Part shown: one piece after another, positions 8,218 to 16,245 of the stretch
How the letters are laid out: each line of letters opens with the position of its first letter
Numbering within the stretch: position 1 is the stretch's first letter
DNA from: a virus
Taxonomy: Duplodnaviria; Caudoviricetes
Virus record (IMG/VR): IMGVR_UViG_3300024038_000030
Span: 1-36,224 of that record
Strand: one strand, 5' to 3'
Length of the DNA stretch: 36,224 bases
Made by a program: the position numbers and the translations under genes
Notes under the pieces: generated by a model
Database searches by the model: none
What the model was told of the DNA's origin: nothing
The model's input: only the letters and a program-made list of their open reading frames with translations

Positions 8218-9455
8218 CACAGCCTCCCGATCAGCTGCGCGTTGACTTTCGGCAGGCCCAGTTCCACAGCCGTGTTCATCGCCTTGGCGACCAGGTTCTG
8301 CACGACGAGCGGATACAGGTGCGACTCGGACTCGCCGTTCAATCGACGACGCGTGAGCCGCGCGCGGATCGCATCGAACGCATCCGCCTCGAAGATGTCG
8401 CCGAGCGCGGCGCCCACGCGCTTGAACTTGAGCGCCAGGTATTCCTCGAGATTGCCGTTGAGGCTCTTGAGCTTGGCGATCTCGCAGCGGCGGATGAACT
8501 CGCGCAGTTCCGGGTTCTTCTGCTCGTTGAGCAGTTCGAGCAGTTCGGGCTGCGCGATGAGCACGATGCCGAGCAGCTTGCGGAAGCCGTCTTCCAGCTC
8601 CCAAAACCGCTTCAGGTATTTCAGCATCGGCGTCGTGAGGTCGTGCGCCTCCTCGATGATCAGCACGTGCAGGTTGCTCGCCGCCGCGCTCGCGGTGAGG
8701 ATGCGTTCCACCTGTCGGCCCTTGGCCTCCAGCGACTGCCTGGGCTGCTCGGTCGACAAGTCGTAGATGATCGCGTCGCAGATGTGCGCGGTCGTCAGCC
8801 GCTTCTTGTCCACCGTCTTCGGCTGGATGACGGTGATCTTGTCGCCGTCGCGCCGAATGCGCTCGATGAGGTCGCGGCGCAGCGTGCTCTTGCCCGCGCC
8901 GGATTCGCCCACCACCGCGAGCAGGCCGCTGTGCTTGGCGGAGTAGTACATGCTCTCGCGCACGTAGCGCTGATCCTTGCTCACGTACACGTCGGCGGCG
9001 GAACGCACGTCGTCGATGAACGGGTGCGCGGCCAGGTGAAAGTGCTCGCGGGCGGCGGGTGATAGCATGGTCTTCTCCGGTAGGTTGAAAGGCGGCTCGA
9101 TCGGGTCTGGATTGGCGTCTGTCCCGACGTCTGCTTGTTGGCTGGAGGCGGCTTGGGTTTCGGCGTCGGCATCGACGTCGTATTCCCAGGCTTGCTCGAT
9201 CTCCTCTTCGGGAATGCCGCGTGCGCGCAGCAGCTCCGCGACCGTGAGGACGATCTGCTGCCTGGCGATCTGGATCGGCCACTTCCGCAGGCTGAGCAGC
9301 TGCGAGAACGTCGTCGCCGAAATGTGCTCACCCGCGCGGCGACCGAACGCGTAGCGAATGCGCGAATACACGTCCAGGTGAGCGATGCGATGCCGCTGCA
9401 GCGTCTCGCGCAGCCGGTACGGCCGGGCCGCTTGGCTTTTGAGTTCGACGATCAT
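8217..9455 (-). CDS. Transposition ATPase (MuB equivalent, ExeA-like AAA+ with N-terminal HTH)
   Basis: Walker A 'GESGAGKS', Walker B 'VLIIEEAH', 'LKRFWELEDGF..LLGIVLIAQPEL'; downstream of transposase. Confidence 0.9.
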   Translation of the reverse strand: MIVELKSQAARPYRLRETLQRHRIAHLDVYSRIRYAFGRRAGEHISATTFSQLLSLRKWPIQIARQQIVLTVAELLRARGIPEEEIEQAWEYDVDADAETQAASSQQADVGTDANPDPIEPPFNLPEKTMLSPAAREHFHLAAHPFIDDVRSAADVYVSKDQRYVRESMYYSAKHSGLLAVVGESGAGKSTLRRDLIERIRRDGDKITVIQPKTVDKKRLTTAHICDAIIYDLSTEQPRQSLEAKGRQVERILTASAAASNLHVLIIEEAHDLTTPMLKYLKRFWELEDGFRKLLGIVLIAQPELLELLNEQKNPELREFIRRCEIAKLKSLNGNLEEYLALKFKRVGAALGDIFEADAFDAIRARLTRRRLNGESESHLYPLVVQNLVAKAMNTAVELGLPKVNAQLIGRL

Positions 9456-9457
9456 CG

Positions 9458-9775
9458 TCAGTGCTCGCTCACCGTGAGCTGCCACGGCGCGATCGAATGC
9501 ACGCGCTGCACTTCGATGTCGCGCGGCAGGCCGAAGAACTCGCCGATCAAACCTTCGTGCGGGTTGCAGCACACGACGGACACCCAAATGCGTGCGTTGT
9601 CGCTCACGGGCGCGCCGTGGTTGTGCATGAGGGCCAGCGCGGCGCTCGTCGCGATCGCGGGGATGCCGTCCGCGGCTTTCGTAACGCGGAACAAGCCGCC
9701 CGGCACCATTTGGAACAGGCGCAGGTTCTGGCGCTGAATGATCGGCGTGACGACGGCTTGGATTTGGGTATGCAT
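9458..9775 (-). CDS. Hypothetical protein (105 aa) between transposase and ATPase
   Basis: AGGAG RBS; stop 2 nt before ATPase start. Confidence 0.7.
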   Translation of the reverse strand: MHTQIQAVVTPIIQRQNLRLFQMVPGGLFRVTKAADGIPAIATSAALALMHNHGAPVSDNARIWVSVVCCNPHEGLIGEFFGLPRDIEVQRVHSIAPWQLTVSEH

Positions 9776-9829
9776 GGGGCACTCTCCTGTGGGGGTGTTG
9801 GAGTGCGGCGCGTTTTCGGCAGCGCCGCT

Positions 9830-10132
9830 TCAGCCGTGGGAAAGGGGTTGGCGTTGCCGGAAGGCGACCGGCTCGACGGGTTCGACGAACGTGATCGGCG
9901 CATCGGGATCGATGCTCACGATCATTCCGGTCTTGAAGTAACCGGGTTCGTTCGATCCAATGCGGCAAGCAATAACGACCGCGCGAACACGGAGCTTGTG
10001 GCGAACGTCGCCGTCGCGATCGATCGCCGCGAACACGCACTCCTGCAAACCGGATGCGTGCGAAACGAAGAGATCGCCGAGCTTCGCCTCGAAGGCGATG
10101 TTCGGTTCGGCGATGGAAACAGTGGCACGCAT
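9830..10132 (-). CDS. Hypothetical protein (100 aa, MRATVSIAE...) between transposase and ATPase
   Basis: GAGG RBS at transposase stop; 3' part of 9830-11542 ORF. Confidence 0.65.
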   Translation of the reverse strand: MRATVSIAEPNIAFEAKLGDLFVSHASGLQECVFAAIDRDGDVRHKLRVRAVVIACRIGSNEPGYFKTGMIVSIDPDAPITFVEPVEPVAFRQRQPLSHG

Positions 10133-10140
10133 GGAAAACC

Positions 10141-11916
10141 TCACTTCACCGCGACCAGGCGCGGCGGTTCTTGGAATGCCGGCGACGCGCCGGCGGCGGG
10201 GAGCTGCTCGATGCGCGCGACGAGCGCGTCGAGTTCTTCGTGGGGCACGCCATCGGGGAACCAAACGAGAACGGCTTCGGCCTCGCGCCGGTCGAGCGAG
10301 CGGCCGAGCCGCGCGCGCAGCTCGAACAGCGCCTCGACCTGGTCGAGCGGTTTCATTTCCACGTAGGCCGGATTCGGCACGTGCAGTTCGGTGCCGCGGC
10401 GCTGCATGTATGTCGGCGTCTGCGCCGCCTTCTCGCGCACGTCCGCGAACGGGTCGATCTCGCCGTCGAAGGCGATCGCGCCCTTCGTCTTCTTCGCGAC
10501 AGCATCGAGCGTGTCGCGCTCGCCGTAGGCGAGTTCGTTGGCGTCCTTGCGTGCGGTGTCCACGTCGGTGTCGGCCTGCGCGGCGTAGCGCTCGCCGAAC
10601 ACCGGCGCGTCCATGAAGAAGCCGGCGGCGTCGGTCGCGATCGGCTCGCACTCCCAGTAGCGGTCGGCGCCGTCCTCTTCTTTCGTGACGACGAAGATCG
10701 ACGGTGCGTTGTACGGGTTGACGATCACGTCCACCTTTTCGCCGACGCGCACGTTCGGCACGTGCGCCACGCTGTACGTCGCGCGCTCGTGTCCGCGCGG
10801 GCGGAAGGTCACCGTGAGGTTGCCGATGATCGTGCGCGGCTCTGGCTTGCTGTGCATGAGCACCGAGCAGGTCTCCACGGGCGGGCACAGGCGCAGCTGA
10901 TCCGCGCGAATCGTCTGCCACACCGCGTCGCGCGCATGGCCGTGCCGACGGTGGACCGCTGCGCCGTTGAACGCGCGCAGCCAGGTGTCCAGGTGCGCAT
11001 TGAGCTGCTCCACGCTGTCGATGCGCGTGAACGTGAGCCGGCCTTCGAACTTGCGTTCGATCACGTTGTGGATGGATTCGATCTGCCCCTTCGCGCGCGG
11101 ATTGCCGGGCACGTGCGCCCAGTGGCGAATGCCGAGTTGCGTCAGCAGGTTCTTGATGCCGTGGCTCTGGTTCGCGCTGCCCGCGTCCCACACCAGCATC
11201 CACGGCACGCCATGCATCACGCGGCCCTGCTGCGCGTGCATCGCGAACATCAGGAAATCGAACAGCGTGCGCTGGTCCTCGCCGGCCACGTGGTAGTAGC
11301 GGCCGATGGTGTCGCCGCTGTTGTGGTCTGTCAGCGCGTAGCGCAGCACCCGCTGGTTGCTGACGCGGGCCAGGTCGCGCGGCTTGCGCGCATTGAAGGT
11401 GCGCTCGTCCATCACCGCGGCGCGGCCGTTGCGCAGGTAGTACAGCACGCACAGCGAGGCATCCAGCTGCCACACGTGGTTCGGGTGCAGCGAGCGCATG
11501 CTCACGTGCGGCGTCGGCTGCGCGAGCTGCGCGGGGTGGCAACCCTCGCGCCGCATGATCCGCAGCATCGTCGTCGCGCTTACGCGCTCGGCGAGCAGGC
11601 CGTTCGCCTCGGCCACGTCGATCGCGTCGGCCACCGGCAGCAGCGCCTTGCCCGTCGTGCGGCGCGACGCCTGCAGGATCGCCGCGACCGCCTTCACACC
11701 GTCCTTGCCGACGCGCGTGTCGCCGCGGTCGCTGCGCAGCTTGCGGCCGCTCGAGTAACCCACCTTGCGCAGGCGCTTGTAGAGCGTCTGCACGCTCACG
11801 CCGAGCAGCTTCGCGCCATCGGCCGCGATCGCGCCGCGGCCGCTGTGCGGCGCCGCGGTGAGGCGCGAGGCAATGTGCTGCAGCGTTTGCATTTCGGCGA
11901 GTTCCCCTGCGTGCAT
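10141..11916 (-). CDS. Mu-like phage DDE transposase (MuA equivalent, B3/BcepMu type)
   Basis: HTH 'LGVSVQTLYKRL', 'RSDRG', catalytic 'HPNHVWQLDAS', 'VWDAGSAN', 'NPRAKGQIE'. Confidence 0.93.
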   Translation of the reverse strand: MHAGELAEMQTLQHIASRLTAAPHSGRGAIAADGAKLLGVSVQTLYKRLRKVGYSSGRKLRSDRGDTRVGKDGVKAVAAILQASRRTTGKALLPVADAIDVAEANGLLAERVSATTMLRIMRREGCHPAQLAQPTPHVSMRSLHPNHVWQLDASLCVLYYLRNGRAAVMDERTFNARKPRDLARVSNQRVLRYALTDHNSGDTIGRYYHVAGEDQRTLFDFLMFAMHAQQGRVMHGVPWMLVWDAGSANQSHGIKNLLTQLGIRHWAHVPGNPRAKGQIESIHNVIERKFEGRLTFTRIDSVEQLNAHLDTWLRAFNGAAVHRRHGHARDAVWQTIRADQLRLCPPVETCSVLMHSKPEPRTIIGNLTVTFRPRGHERATYSVAHVPNVRVGEKVDVIVNPYNAPSIFVVTKEEDGADRYWECEPIATDAAGFFMDAPVFGERYAAQADTDVDTARKDANELAYGERDTLDAVAKKTKGAIAFDGEIDPFADVREKAAQTPTYMQRRGTELHVPNPAYVEMKPLDQVEALFELRARLGRSLDRREAEAVLVWFPDGVPHEELDALVARIEQLPAAGASPAFQEPPRLVAVK

Positions 11917-11922
11917 GTCGCG

Positions 11923-12756
11923 TTACTCGCCCACTTCCGCGATGAGCTGCTCGTACCAGCCGCGGATCGACTCGGCGTTCGTCTCGATGCGCTGCTGCAC
12001 CTCTTCCTCGATCGCCTCGCCGGCGTCGGCGTAGAGGGTGTTGATTGCGCCGACCGTGTCGCGCACCTGCTTGAGGAACGTGAACGCCTCCACGCTGTAG
12101 CGGTCCAGGTCTTCCAGCAGCGTGGCGATCTGCTCGCGCGATGCGCCGCGCGTCGAGCGGCGTGCGAGCTTGTTGATGCGCTCGTCTTTCTTGCGAATGA
12201 TTTCCTCGTCCGCGGCTTTCTCGTCGGCGCGCTCGGCGCGTTCCTTGCGGAGCGACTCCTTCAGCTCGCGAGTGCTCATGCGGTCGATCTCGTCGAGCGT
12301 GATCCCCGCGATGGCACCGTCATGCTCAAGGGCACCGAGCGTCGCGTCGTCTTCGCCGAGCAGTTCGAGCGCCTTCGAGAAGCCGAGCGACCGCAAGCTC
12401 GGGAACTGCTTGAGCCGGGTAACCACCTGCATGCGCCTTTGGGCCCAGCGCGGCGTGATTCCGACTGTCTCCAGCGCATCGTGAAAACGGCCAGGCGTGT
12501 GGGCCTTGATTTGGAGCAGCACCAGGCCAGCCTCGACGGCGCCGCTGGTTTCGATGGCCGCGCACTCGCGCAAGCGAACCACAGCCGCTTCGTAGTTGAA
12601 GGGCATGCCGATGTCGTAGTGCTGCTGGATCAGCGCCAGCTGCTGGCTTTGCAGAGAAGCCGCGTCGCCGGCCTTCGACAATGCCTCGTGATCAATATCA
12701 GCAGCGGCGATGCGATCGGTTTCGTCGGGAGAACGCTGTGTGCGTGGACGTGCCAT
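11923..12756 (-). CDS. DUF3102-like protein of B3/BcepMu-type phages
   Basis: 'EAGLVLLQIKAHTPGRF...GITPRWAQRRM', 'LGFSKALELL', 'GITLDEIDRMSTRELKESLR'; ATG 12756. Confidence 0.75.
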   Translation of the reverse strand: MARPRTQRSPDETDRIAAADIDHEALSKAGDAASLQSQQLALIQQHYDIGMPFNYEAAVVRLRECAAIETSGAVEAGLVLLQIKAHTPGRFHDALETVGITPRWAQRRMQVVTRLKQFPSLRSLGFSKALELLGEDDATLGALEHDGAIAGITLDEIDRMSTRELKESLRKERAERADEKAADEEIIRKKDERINKLARRSTRGASREQIATLLEDLDRYSVEAFTFLKQVRDTVGAINTLYADAGEAIEEEVQQRIETNAESIRGWYEQLIAEVGE

Positions 12757-12760
12757 GAAA

Positions 12761-13129
12761 TCAATTCCTGTCAGAGTCGGTTGAAAGCAGTTCGTCCAGC
12801 GCGCATTCGAGCTGACCGGAAAAAATGTCCCAGAGGTCGTTGATCCTTCCGGGATGGCCATGAGCCAGCCGGTGAAACAAACGGTCGATCGGCATCGACT
12901 CGGCAGCCGGGTCTGCTTCGGCTAGCGCAGCCAACTTCATCGCGAGCTGCGCCGCCGTCGCGGACAAGCCGATGCGCTGCACAGATCCCCAGTACGTTTC
13001 CGCTGGTTCGCGTTCTTTGATCGCCAGCAGCATTCGGCCAAGAGCGATTTGCGCGCGCGATATCAGGACGCTGTTCTGCTGCGCCGATCGCAATAGATGA
13101 TCGAAGTGGTCTTCCATGCCGTTCCTCAT
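12761..13129 (-). CDS. Second, shorter DUF3102-like protein
   Basis: 'IALGRMLLAIKEREP...IGLSATAAQLAMKLA' aligns with the DUF3102-like core of the next gene. Confidence 0.6.
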   Translation of the reverse strand: MRNGMEDHFDHLLRSAQQNSVLISRAQIALGRMLLAIKEREPAETYWGSVQRIGLSATAAQLAMKLAALAEADPAAESMPIDRLFHRLAHGHPGRINDLWDIFSGQLECALDELLSTDSDRN

Positions 13130-13431
13130 CGTTCCCGCGAGAAGCGCTGACGCGCCTCATCGAGTCGGTCTTGCGCCTTGGCGAACGCGGTGGATGCAGC
13201 GAGCGAGATCTGCACAACGCGCGGCGTGAGCCGCCAGCGGCCGGAATCGAGCGGCTCGGCGAAGCCGGCCTCGCGCAGGTTGGCGAGGTCGCGCGTGATG
13301 TTGCTGGCGCTGGTGTGCACCGCCGAGGCCAGTTCGCTCGGCGCGATGCCCTCGATCTCGTGACCGGCGAGCCGGAACACGATCGCCAGCACGCGCTGCT
13401 GCGCGGCATTGATGTAGCGGTCGGCGCTCAT
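13126..13431 (-). CDS. IclR-like HTH DNA-binding protein
   Basis: 'GIAPSELASAVHTSASNITRDLANLREAGFAE...GRWRL'. Confidence 0.8.
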   Translation of the reverse strand: MSADRYINAAQQRVLAIVFRLAGHEIEGIAPSELASAVHTSASNITRDLANLREAGFAEPLDSGRWRLTPRVVQISLAASTAFAKAQDRLDEARQRFSRER

Positions 13432-13637
13432 CGTGCGGGCACTCCCGCCGCGCGGAACGCCGCACGCCAGCGGCGCGCGGTCGCGTCGCTCATGCCGTAT
13501 TCAAGCTGCAATTCGATAGACGTAGGCGCGTGGTCGGGGTACTTGCGCGCGATCTGCACGGCACGCAGCACGGAACCGCTTGCCGTGTCCGTGTTGGGGG
13601 AGCGCTGCTGCTGGCGATAGCTCTGCACCGCGCTCAT
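13428..13637 (-). CDS. Small HTH protein
   Basis: 'PTSIELQLEYGMSDATARRWR'; ATGA coupling. Confidence 0.65.
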   Translation of the reverse strand: MSAVQSYRQQQRSPNTDTASGSVLRAVQIARKYPDHAPTSIELQLEYGMSDATARRWRAAFRAAGVPAR

Positions 13638-13891
13638 GCCGCATCGTCCTTCGCCGGAGGCGGCGGCAACGGCATCCAACGCGTGGGCTTCACCGGATAT
13701 GCGCCGTCGCCGAACCAGACGCCGCCATCGGTGAGCGGTTCCCACCAGATCACGCGGATCAGCGATGCGGGATCGGCGTCCGGCTCTTCCGGCTCCGGCA
13801 CGTAGCCGAGCAGGTACACGCCGACGACGCGGCCATGTTCGTCCACCGTGCTCTTGGGCGCGGTTTCCATCGATTGCCATGTGGGGGTCAT
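13634..13891 (-). CDS. DUF551-like small protein
   Basis: 'WQSMETAPK...PTRWMPLPPPP'. Confidence 0.7.
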   Translation of the reverse strand: MTPTWQSMETAPKSTVDEHGRVVGVYLLGYVPEPEEPDADPASLIRVIWWEPLTDGGVWFGDGAYPVKPTRWMPLPPPPAKDDAA

Positions 13892-14355
13892 TGCAGGTCA
13901 AGCTCCGGCTGGTTGTGCCGCTCGACGTTCGCGCGCTCGGAGGCGAGCGCCGTCATCGCGGCGGTGAGGGAGGCATGGGTGTCGGCCGCATTCGAGCGGC
14001 CGGCAGAGAATTCAATGAGCGCGGCCACGGCTGCGGTGCAGCTCGCCTGCAGGGCAGCCACGTCGCTCGGTGTCGCAAGGCGCCCGGTCGGCACGTCCAC
14101 GAGGAGCTTGTGTGCGCTCGATGCGAGATAGCGCGTCACGTAGTGAGCGCCGCAGGCGAACTCGAATCCGGCGATCTTGCGAGCCGGGATGCCGCCGCTC
14201 TGCACCCACTTGTAGACGGTCCAGTTGGACTCGCCGACGAGATCAGCCACCTGGTCTACGCTGCGGCGGTGCTTGTGCAGGGCAAAGCCCAGGCAGCCCT
14301 CGACGGCCTCTTGCAGGCAGCTCGGTTGCCACGTGTTCCAAGCGCGCTTACGCAT
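13888..14355 (-). CDS. Conserved early HTH protein of B3/BcepMu-like phages
   Basis: 'SVDQVADLVGESNWTVYKWVQSGGIP', 'LLVDVPTGR', C-terminal 'QPELDL'. Confidence 0.75.
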   Translation of the reverse strand: MRKRAWNTWQPSCLQEAVEGCLGFALHKHRRSVDQVADLVGESNWTVYKWVQSGGIPARKIAGFEFACGAHYVTRYLASSAHKLLVDVPTGRLATPSDVAALQASCTAAVAALIEFSAGRSNAADTHASLTAAMTALASERANVERHNQPELDLQ

Positions 14356-14456
14356 TGGAAATGCCCCTGTTCCAAACGCCGGGGGTTTTTGTCATTGCAA
14401 AAACGATTTGCGCGGGGTGAAATGCCAAGACCCCCACAGCAAGGAAGGAAGCACGC

Positions 14457-14696
14457 ATGAAATTCGCGAGCCTGATTGAGATGGATCGGCACGATGACCA
14501 CTGGGCAGTGCGGTGGCGCTTCGTAGACGAAGCCATCGGCGAGGTCACGGTCGTCACCGACATTCCCCCGTCCGAGAAGGAGCCGACGCTGCAGGAGATC
14601 GAGCGTCACTGCGTGCAGGCCGGTTACAAAATGCTCGCCGACTTGAATCGACGGCACGGTCTTCAAGCCGTTGCAGATGGCGATTTGCCTGCGTGA
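14457..14696 (+). CDS. Small acidic hypothetical protein antisense to the early operon
   Basis: AAGGAAGGAAG RBS; globular-looking 79-aa sequence; 3' end overlaps Ner-like gene 1. Confidence 0.6.
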   Translation: MKFASLIEMDRHDDHWAVRWRFVDEAIGEVTVVTDIPPSEKEPTLQEIERHCVQAGYKMLADLNRRHGLQAVADGDLPA

Positions 14697-15153
14697 GCAG
14701 CGCGACGATGTCATCGAGCTGTTGCGCCGGATCGGACGCCAAGCCAGTGCCCGGCACCTTGGTGGTGTCCGTGCGCAGCGGCGAATACAGCAGCTGCCCT
14801 GCGGTGCGTTCGGCCCACTGCGTGAGCGTGTCGAGCTTGCGCTCGATGCGGTCGAGGCGCGTGATCTCGGAATCTTCATCCGCAGAGTCCGGTACTGGCT
14901 TGGGCCCTTCTACGGCACGCGCGCGGCGGTTTTCGATGGCTTTAACGATGGCCGAAGGCTTGAACCACTGCGGCCAGATTTCTTCTCGCGACAAGCCGAC
15001 GGTATCGGCAATGAACCGTTCAACGCGATGGCTCCTGCTACGACCAGCAATCACCGCGCAAACGGTGTTTGCCCTTATGCCGAGCGTCGCGGCGATGTCG
15101 GTTTGCGAAATGCGGCGAATGCCGAGTTCTGCGCGAATCTTTGCGGGATGCAT
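14554..15153 (-). CDS. Ner-like HTH regulator 1 with C-terminal coiled-coil extension
   Basis: 'MHPAKIRAELGIRRISQTDIAATLGI...GRSRSHRVERFIADTVGLSREEIWPQW'; GAGGA RBS. Confidence 0.8.
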   Translation of the reverse strand: MHPAKIRAELGIRRISQTDIAATLGIRANTVCAVIAGRSRSHRVERFIADTVGLSREEIWPQWFKPSAIVKAIENRRARAVEGPKPVPDSADEDSEITRLDRIERKLDTLTQWAERTAGQLLYSPLRTDTTKVPGTGLASDPAQQLDDIVALLTQANRHLQRLEDRAVDSSRRAFCNRPARSDARSPAASAPSRTGECR

Positions 15154-15157
15154 GGCG

Positions 15158-15436
15158 TCAGTTCCTCGCGGCGGTCGGCAGCGTTTTGAGCGCAGCCTGA
15201 ATTTCCGCAGCCGAAAGGCGGCGACGGCGAGATGCCTTTGGGCCGTACCACTGCGGCCAGATTTCCGTGAGCGGCCTGTTGATGATCGCGGCGATGCGCA
15301 GCTCGACGCGCTTGCTTCGGGTATTGCCTTCAATCACGGAATGAACAGTGGATCGGGCAACCTTCAGTTCTTCCGCGATGTCGGCCTGTTGCGTATTGGC
15401 CATCGCGATAGCGGCCTTGATGAGGGCGGGATGCAT
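15158..15436 (-). CDS. ner: Ner-like HTH regulator 2 (first gene of early operon)
   Basis: 'MHPALIKAAI...QADIAEELKVARSTVHSVIEG..RSKRVELRIAAII....EIWPQWY'; Ner position. Confidence 0.8.
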   Translation of the reverse strand: MHPALIKAAIAMANTQQADIAEELKVARSTVHSVIEGNTRSKRVELRIAAIINRPLTEIWPQWYGPKASRRRRLSAAEIQAALKTLPTAARN

Positions 15437-15480
15437 GACGTGAACTGACCCTTGTGGAGATGCGCCAGCGTTGGCGCGCA

Positions 15481-15532
15481 ATTTGTTAGCTAATTATGTT
15501 CGACAATGGTGTTAGCTAAACACATTAACTTT
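15481..15532. promoter_or_regulatory. Divergent lysis/lysogeny control region with operator-like repeats
   Basis: AT-rich; TGTTAGCTAA at 15484 and 15510 (palindromic core TTAGCTAA), degenerate TGTTCGACAA at 15497. Confidence 0.7.
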
Positions 15533-15562
15533 GCGTCGTCAAGCGATGCGAACGGAGTGGGT

Positions 15563-15991
15563 ATGCATCCAGCGGAAATTCAGGCGGCTCTCAAGGTGCG
15601 CGGCTACTCACAAGCGGCGTTGGCAAAGGAGTGCGGCATAAAGCCGGCGACGATGAGCACGGTCATCAATGGGCGCAGCCGAAGCGCGCAGATCGAAGAG
15701 CGGATCTCCGCGATCACGGGCTACACACTCGAAGAGCTGTGGCCGCAATGGCATGGCGAGGCGCCGCTCGTGCTGTCGCTCGACGAGCGCGCCGTGGTCT
15801 TGCTCTACCGGGAATTGCCGCCAAGTGCTCGCGAGCAGGTGTTGCCGGTGCTGCGGGAAATGAGCCGCGACGTGCGTGGTCGTTCGCCGCGTCGAGGTGC
15901 GACTATCGTTACGGCAAAGGGCGGCTTCGCAGCGGGGCGCGATCAGCACATCGGCGTGCCGCCGCCGAAGCCGAAGAAGTCCAGGAAGTGA
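15563..15991 (+). CDS. Putative prophage repressor with Ner-like N-terminal HTH (Ner-like 3)
   Basis: 'MHPAEIQAALKVRGYSQAALAKECGI...GRSRSAQIEERIS....EELWPQW' plus 'LSLDERAVVLLYRELPPSAREQVL'; divergent from early operon; GGAG RBS. Confidence 0.75.
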   Translation: MHPAEIQAALKVRGYSQAALAKECGIKPATMSTVINGRSRSAQIEERISAITGYTLEELWPQWHGEAPLVLSLDERAVVLLYRELPPSAREQVLPVLREMSRDVRGRSPRRGATIVTAKGGFAAGRDQHIGVPPPKPKKSRK

Positions 15992-16002
15992 AAGGAGGAA
16001 GC

Positions 16003-16245
16003 ATGAAGACAGAGAGTCTCTTGATCGCGGCAATGCTGGCGTTCACGCCGAGCGCCCACGCTGCGACGCTCGCCGACAAGCTGCGCGAGTACATCGGAAA
16101 GCCTGCGACCATCGCAAACGGCCGTAACACGCTGGATGCGAAGATCACATCCGTCGAGTCCGATCACTTCTGCGCCGAGGTGCGGCCGCCGGGTTTTACG
16201 CACGAGCGCTGCTATGCCATCGCCGCGATCTCGTTCATCTGTTAA
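16003..16245 (+). CDS. Putative secreted protein (80 aa) co-oriented with repressor; possibly C-terminally truncated
   Basis: AAAGGAGG RBS; signal peptide 'MKTESLLIAAMLAFTPSAHA-A'. Confidence 0.7.
   Translation: MKTESLLIAAMLAFTPSAHAATLADKLREYIGKPATIANGRNTLDAKITSVESDHFCAEVRPPGFTHERCYAIAAISFIC

Noticed and set aside
10054-12843. 929-aa + strand ORF
   Set aside because: Antisense shadow of transposase/DUF3102 genes in high-GC DNA; no motifs
15506-15562. Longer start (15506) for the repressor-slot gene
   Set aside because: Runs through the operator boxes; ATG 15563 has an RBS and aligns with the MHPA starts of the paralogs
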